Shown here in pieces: positions 56,045 to 59,317 of a stretch of 59,317 nt of DNA. Both the position numbers and the translations under genes were made by a program. Numbering within the stretch: position 1 is the first letter of the stretch; every line of letters begins with the position of its first letter. Origin of the DNA: Seison nebaliae (taxonomy: Eukaryota); NCBI GenBank assembly GCA_023231475.1, contig JALJEE010000106.1, positions 62,001-121,317 on the forward strand. The letters run 5' to 3'. The notes beneath the pieces were generated by a model. The model ran no database searches. It was not told the DNA's origin and worked only from the letters and a program-made list of their open reading frames with translations.

Positions 56045-57400
56045 TTATTCGTGGTGGTTGTCGTCCTTGTCACCTTTGGAGGATAAATCGATTTCATCGA
56101 TTTTATTGCAAACCTGTTGCATTTCTATATTCTCTCCCTCATCAATCTCTTCTTCGTTATTAGATTTAACTTCTTCCGGTGAAGTTTGTCCCATATCTGA
56201 TATTGTGTCCACAGTAGATGTCGATGGCATTCCACAATCAAATGAAGTTGTCGGAGCTATTTTCCGATAATAATGAGAAGTATTCCAATTAAATTTCCCA
56301 TAATTCCCCCGACCATAACGATGACCTTGCATTCGTTTTTTTTGACCATAATTCAAATCATTATTTCGATAATTATTCCGTTGATATTTTGAATTAATAA
56401 CATTATTCATTAAATATTGTCCATTGCCCATCTGAGTCATCATTCTTGGTGATTGGAAGAAGAAATTGGGAATCATTCCATTTCTTGTTGCGAATGAATG
56501 TAAATCATTTCCTGTTTGATTAATCAAACCACCATTATTTCCGGGAACGAAAAAAATCGGTTGACGATTATACTTCAAAATTGAAATTTTTGAAAAAAAA
56601 TTTTAAAAATTTAAAAATTTTCTTTACTAACTCCAGTTTGCATGTAATTAACAGGATGTGAAGTTGGTGGTGGCACATTCATTTGATGTTGAGAAACGAT
56701 AATCGGAGCACTTTGTGCAGGAATCGGTTCGTCTTTCTCCACATTCTCCATTTTTCCATTTACCATCATCTCTCCATTTAATTCACTTTTGTCTATATCT
56801 GATTGATTTTCATTAATATTGGAAATGGGAGAATCTTTCGCTTCTCCTTTCACCATCGCCATCGTCAAGAAATCATCAAATGATAATTTGGAATTTAATC
56901 GTTCTTTTTTTTCAATATGAAATTCATTCGAATAAACGAAATAAATTAACCATAAATATCTTTCGTATTTGGAATGATGTTCAACTTTCTCACTGAATTC
57001 ATTTTTGTTTCATCCGAAATTTTACCAACAACTTTAACGGGAGAGATTTAGAACGAGAATAAATTGAAAGAAGAAAACCTGAAGCAGTTTGATCTTTTAT
57101 ACTACTGAATGAATCACGATGATTCTTTGATGGTTGATATGATTCTCTTACATCATCATTCCGATGTTGATATTTGTGCATTGTATAATTTGATCTAGGT
57201 GCATAAGAATCTCGATAATAATTTTCATTTCCAGTCGTTCGACGAGAATTATGATTTTGAAATGATTGTCTGTGATTGTATTGGAAAGAATGCCGTCCAC
57301 GATTACTATTCATACCATATCTATTGTAGTGACGTCGGTTGGAATTGGAACCGAGATTCACGTCGGCCATCGTATTAAGAGGAGCATTGGACATACTCAT
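56045..57400 (-). CDS. Low-complexity N/R/Y/G-rich protein, 4 exons, family unknown
   Basis: Three GTT..AAG introns join ORFs 56999-57400, 56611-56868 and 56045-56578 in frame. Confidence 0.65.
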
Positions 57401-58422
57401 AAAATGTTCAAGTAAACTTTGGAAGAATATGGATGAAGGGAAATGTTGGAAGAAATGAAGTCAATTTTGAAAAAGTCAATAAAATGCAGATAAAAGGAAT
57501 TGAGGTACTGGACGAAATCAATGGTGACTTTATCACGTTTTTCAACCGCAAAATTTAATAATCCAAATTGAAGCCCAATTTTTCAATAATCTTTGCACTC
57601 CTATCAACTTTTTATGATCCAACAATTCCGTTTTGTTCCTATAATTTTACGCATATTTTCCTCCTCGATCCATAACATGATAATTAAAAAAAGTTCTATT
57701 TGGACTTCCGTTATCATCGTAAATTTTATCGGTATAAAAAGACAATAGATATTAATTAGTTTTAATGATGTCGGTACATGTCCATATGTTGAGATAGAAA
57801 TTTATTCAGTTTATCGAACATTTAAAAAAGAATTTAAAAAGAATTTAAATTGGCATTTAATATTTGTCGAATTATTTAGTTATAATTTTTAATTTCCATT
57901 ATCCAACTCTCTTAAACGGAACAAATGGAATTCCGTGAATAATAATTAAATTAATTGAATAAATTAAAATTTGAGTTTTGCCCTTCATATTTTCGAAGAC
58001 TTTCTTGCATGGTCAAACTTGTATAACTTTAATCTATAAAGATTTCTTAAACTCTGTTCTTAAAAGATCTTAATAAATACTATGTAACTAATATACAATA
58101 TGATAATCCTCACATACCATTTACAAGTTGTTAGTTGCTTTCTGGTAAGAAATATTGAATACCAATTAAAACCTTTTCTTTCACGAAAATAACAATGATA
58201 TTTCAATTATAAATTGTCATGATTTGTCACGGACAGAAATTGCTTTAAAGTTGTCTAGTACTGTTACAAATATTACTATTATTATCCTTTAATGTGACGT
58301 CATAACAGCACGTCATAGAAGTGGAAGAACCATCACTTCGATCAAATATTAAATGTCAAATAATCATTATTCATAAATTAGATCTGTTTCTGGCGTTTCT
58401 GTTCTAGATTATTCTCGCAATA

Positions 58423-59317
58423 ATGTTTACGATATCTGATTACCAATCGAATAGTTATGGGTCTAATGAAAATTTGAATCTTATACAAGAACCTCAAAAG
58501 AAACGAATTTCAACTGTCTTGTTTGATATATCTTTTCTTACTTAAACTTCAATTCCCATTGCATAATAAAAGAAGAAGAGAAGGAGTTTTTTCCCCTTCT
58601 TTCGATGTTAAGTATCATCATATGGTTTTCTAACGGTTAAACGTTTTCAAAAACACTCGTTGATAAGTAATAATGAATTTCGATCATGTTAAATTTGTTT
58701 GAATAAATTGTTTCCAAATGAAAGATTAATTATAGATTTATTAATGGAGAATTGTACATTAGGAAACTTCTTTATACTGGCATAAAGTTTATTTTAAACT
58801 GTTCTTAATTCCTTCAAACTACATCATTAAGGAGTGGATAGTTATGGATAGTTTTTCAAAGATGCGAACTTATAACGTAGACTAGAAATTGCAAGATTTG
58901 GACTTATAAGAGGATTAGATTTTTAGTTATTGAGAAATAAGTTAGAAGACTTATGTTCCCACCGATTGTTCGATTACCCCAAATGTTCCTTCATTTTAAT
59001 TTAAAAAATATATTCATCTTGTATTTATCTTCTTATCTTCTTAGGTTTCTCGGACTGTTTATGATGTTAACTATTGGAGGAGTGATGGGTGGAGTCATCG
59101 GCGGAATTTATGGATCAACTAATTGTTCTTCCTTATTACGAATATTTCCATTTTACTTAATTTTAGCAAGTAGTGATGATACTAGTGATAATGTGACTTC
59201 TGATACAACATTAAATACTGACGTTGAAAGTGTCATGTCAAATTTTCGTTAGAATTTCCTTTCATATTTTCAGAGTTTAAATGGTTTTAAACAGTTCCTG
59301 CCGATTGCACTCTAACA
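58423..59317 (+). CDS. 5' part of a probable type II membrane protein (truncated, exon structure uncertain)
   Basis: MFTISDYQSNSYGSNENL... followed by a TM-like exon FLGLFMMLTIGGVMGGVIGGIYG and an S/T/D-rich exon bounded by GTT/AG. Confidence 0.4.

Overview
AT-rich, gene-dense eukaryotic DNA from an invertebrate animal; it encodes a transmembrane collagen, a TGF-beta ligand, a KLF and a trypsin-family protease. I did not identify the species. About 22 protein genes are packed with short spacers and split by tiny, mostly 40-60 nt introns. Recognisable genes are a KLF, SLC35B1, an MFF-like gene, GANAB, a C19orf47-like gene, NAA38, a PSMG4-like gene, COX8, CDC5L, a Ulp1/SENP-like protease, CCDC77, a MACIT-like collagen, a TGF-beta ligand, BBIP1 (with an X-box), ERMARD and a type II trypsin. 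The main unusual signal is window-wide: about 60 of ~64 hand-traced introns begin GTT instead of GTA/GTG, and many end AAG, which suggests a divergent splice-site code. Other leads are a small secreted precursor with an antimicrobial-peptide-like helix that is absent from the ORF track, a near-prodomain-less TGF-beta, a C48 protease with an apparent signal peptide, and overlapping same-strand NAA38/PSMG4-like ORFs. All gene models were spliced by hand and family calls come from recalled motifs, not database searches. I saw no tRNA, rRNA, CRISPR array or autonomous transposon.
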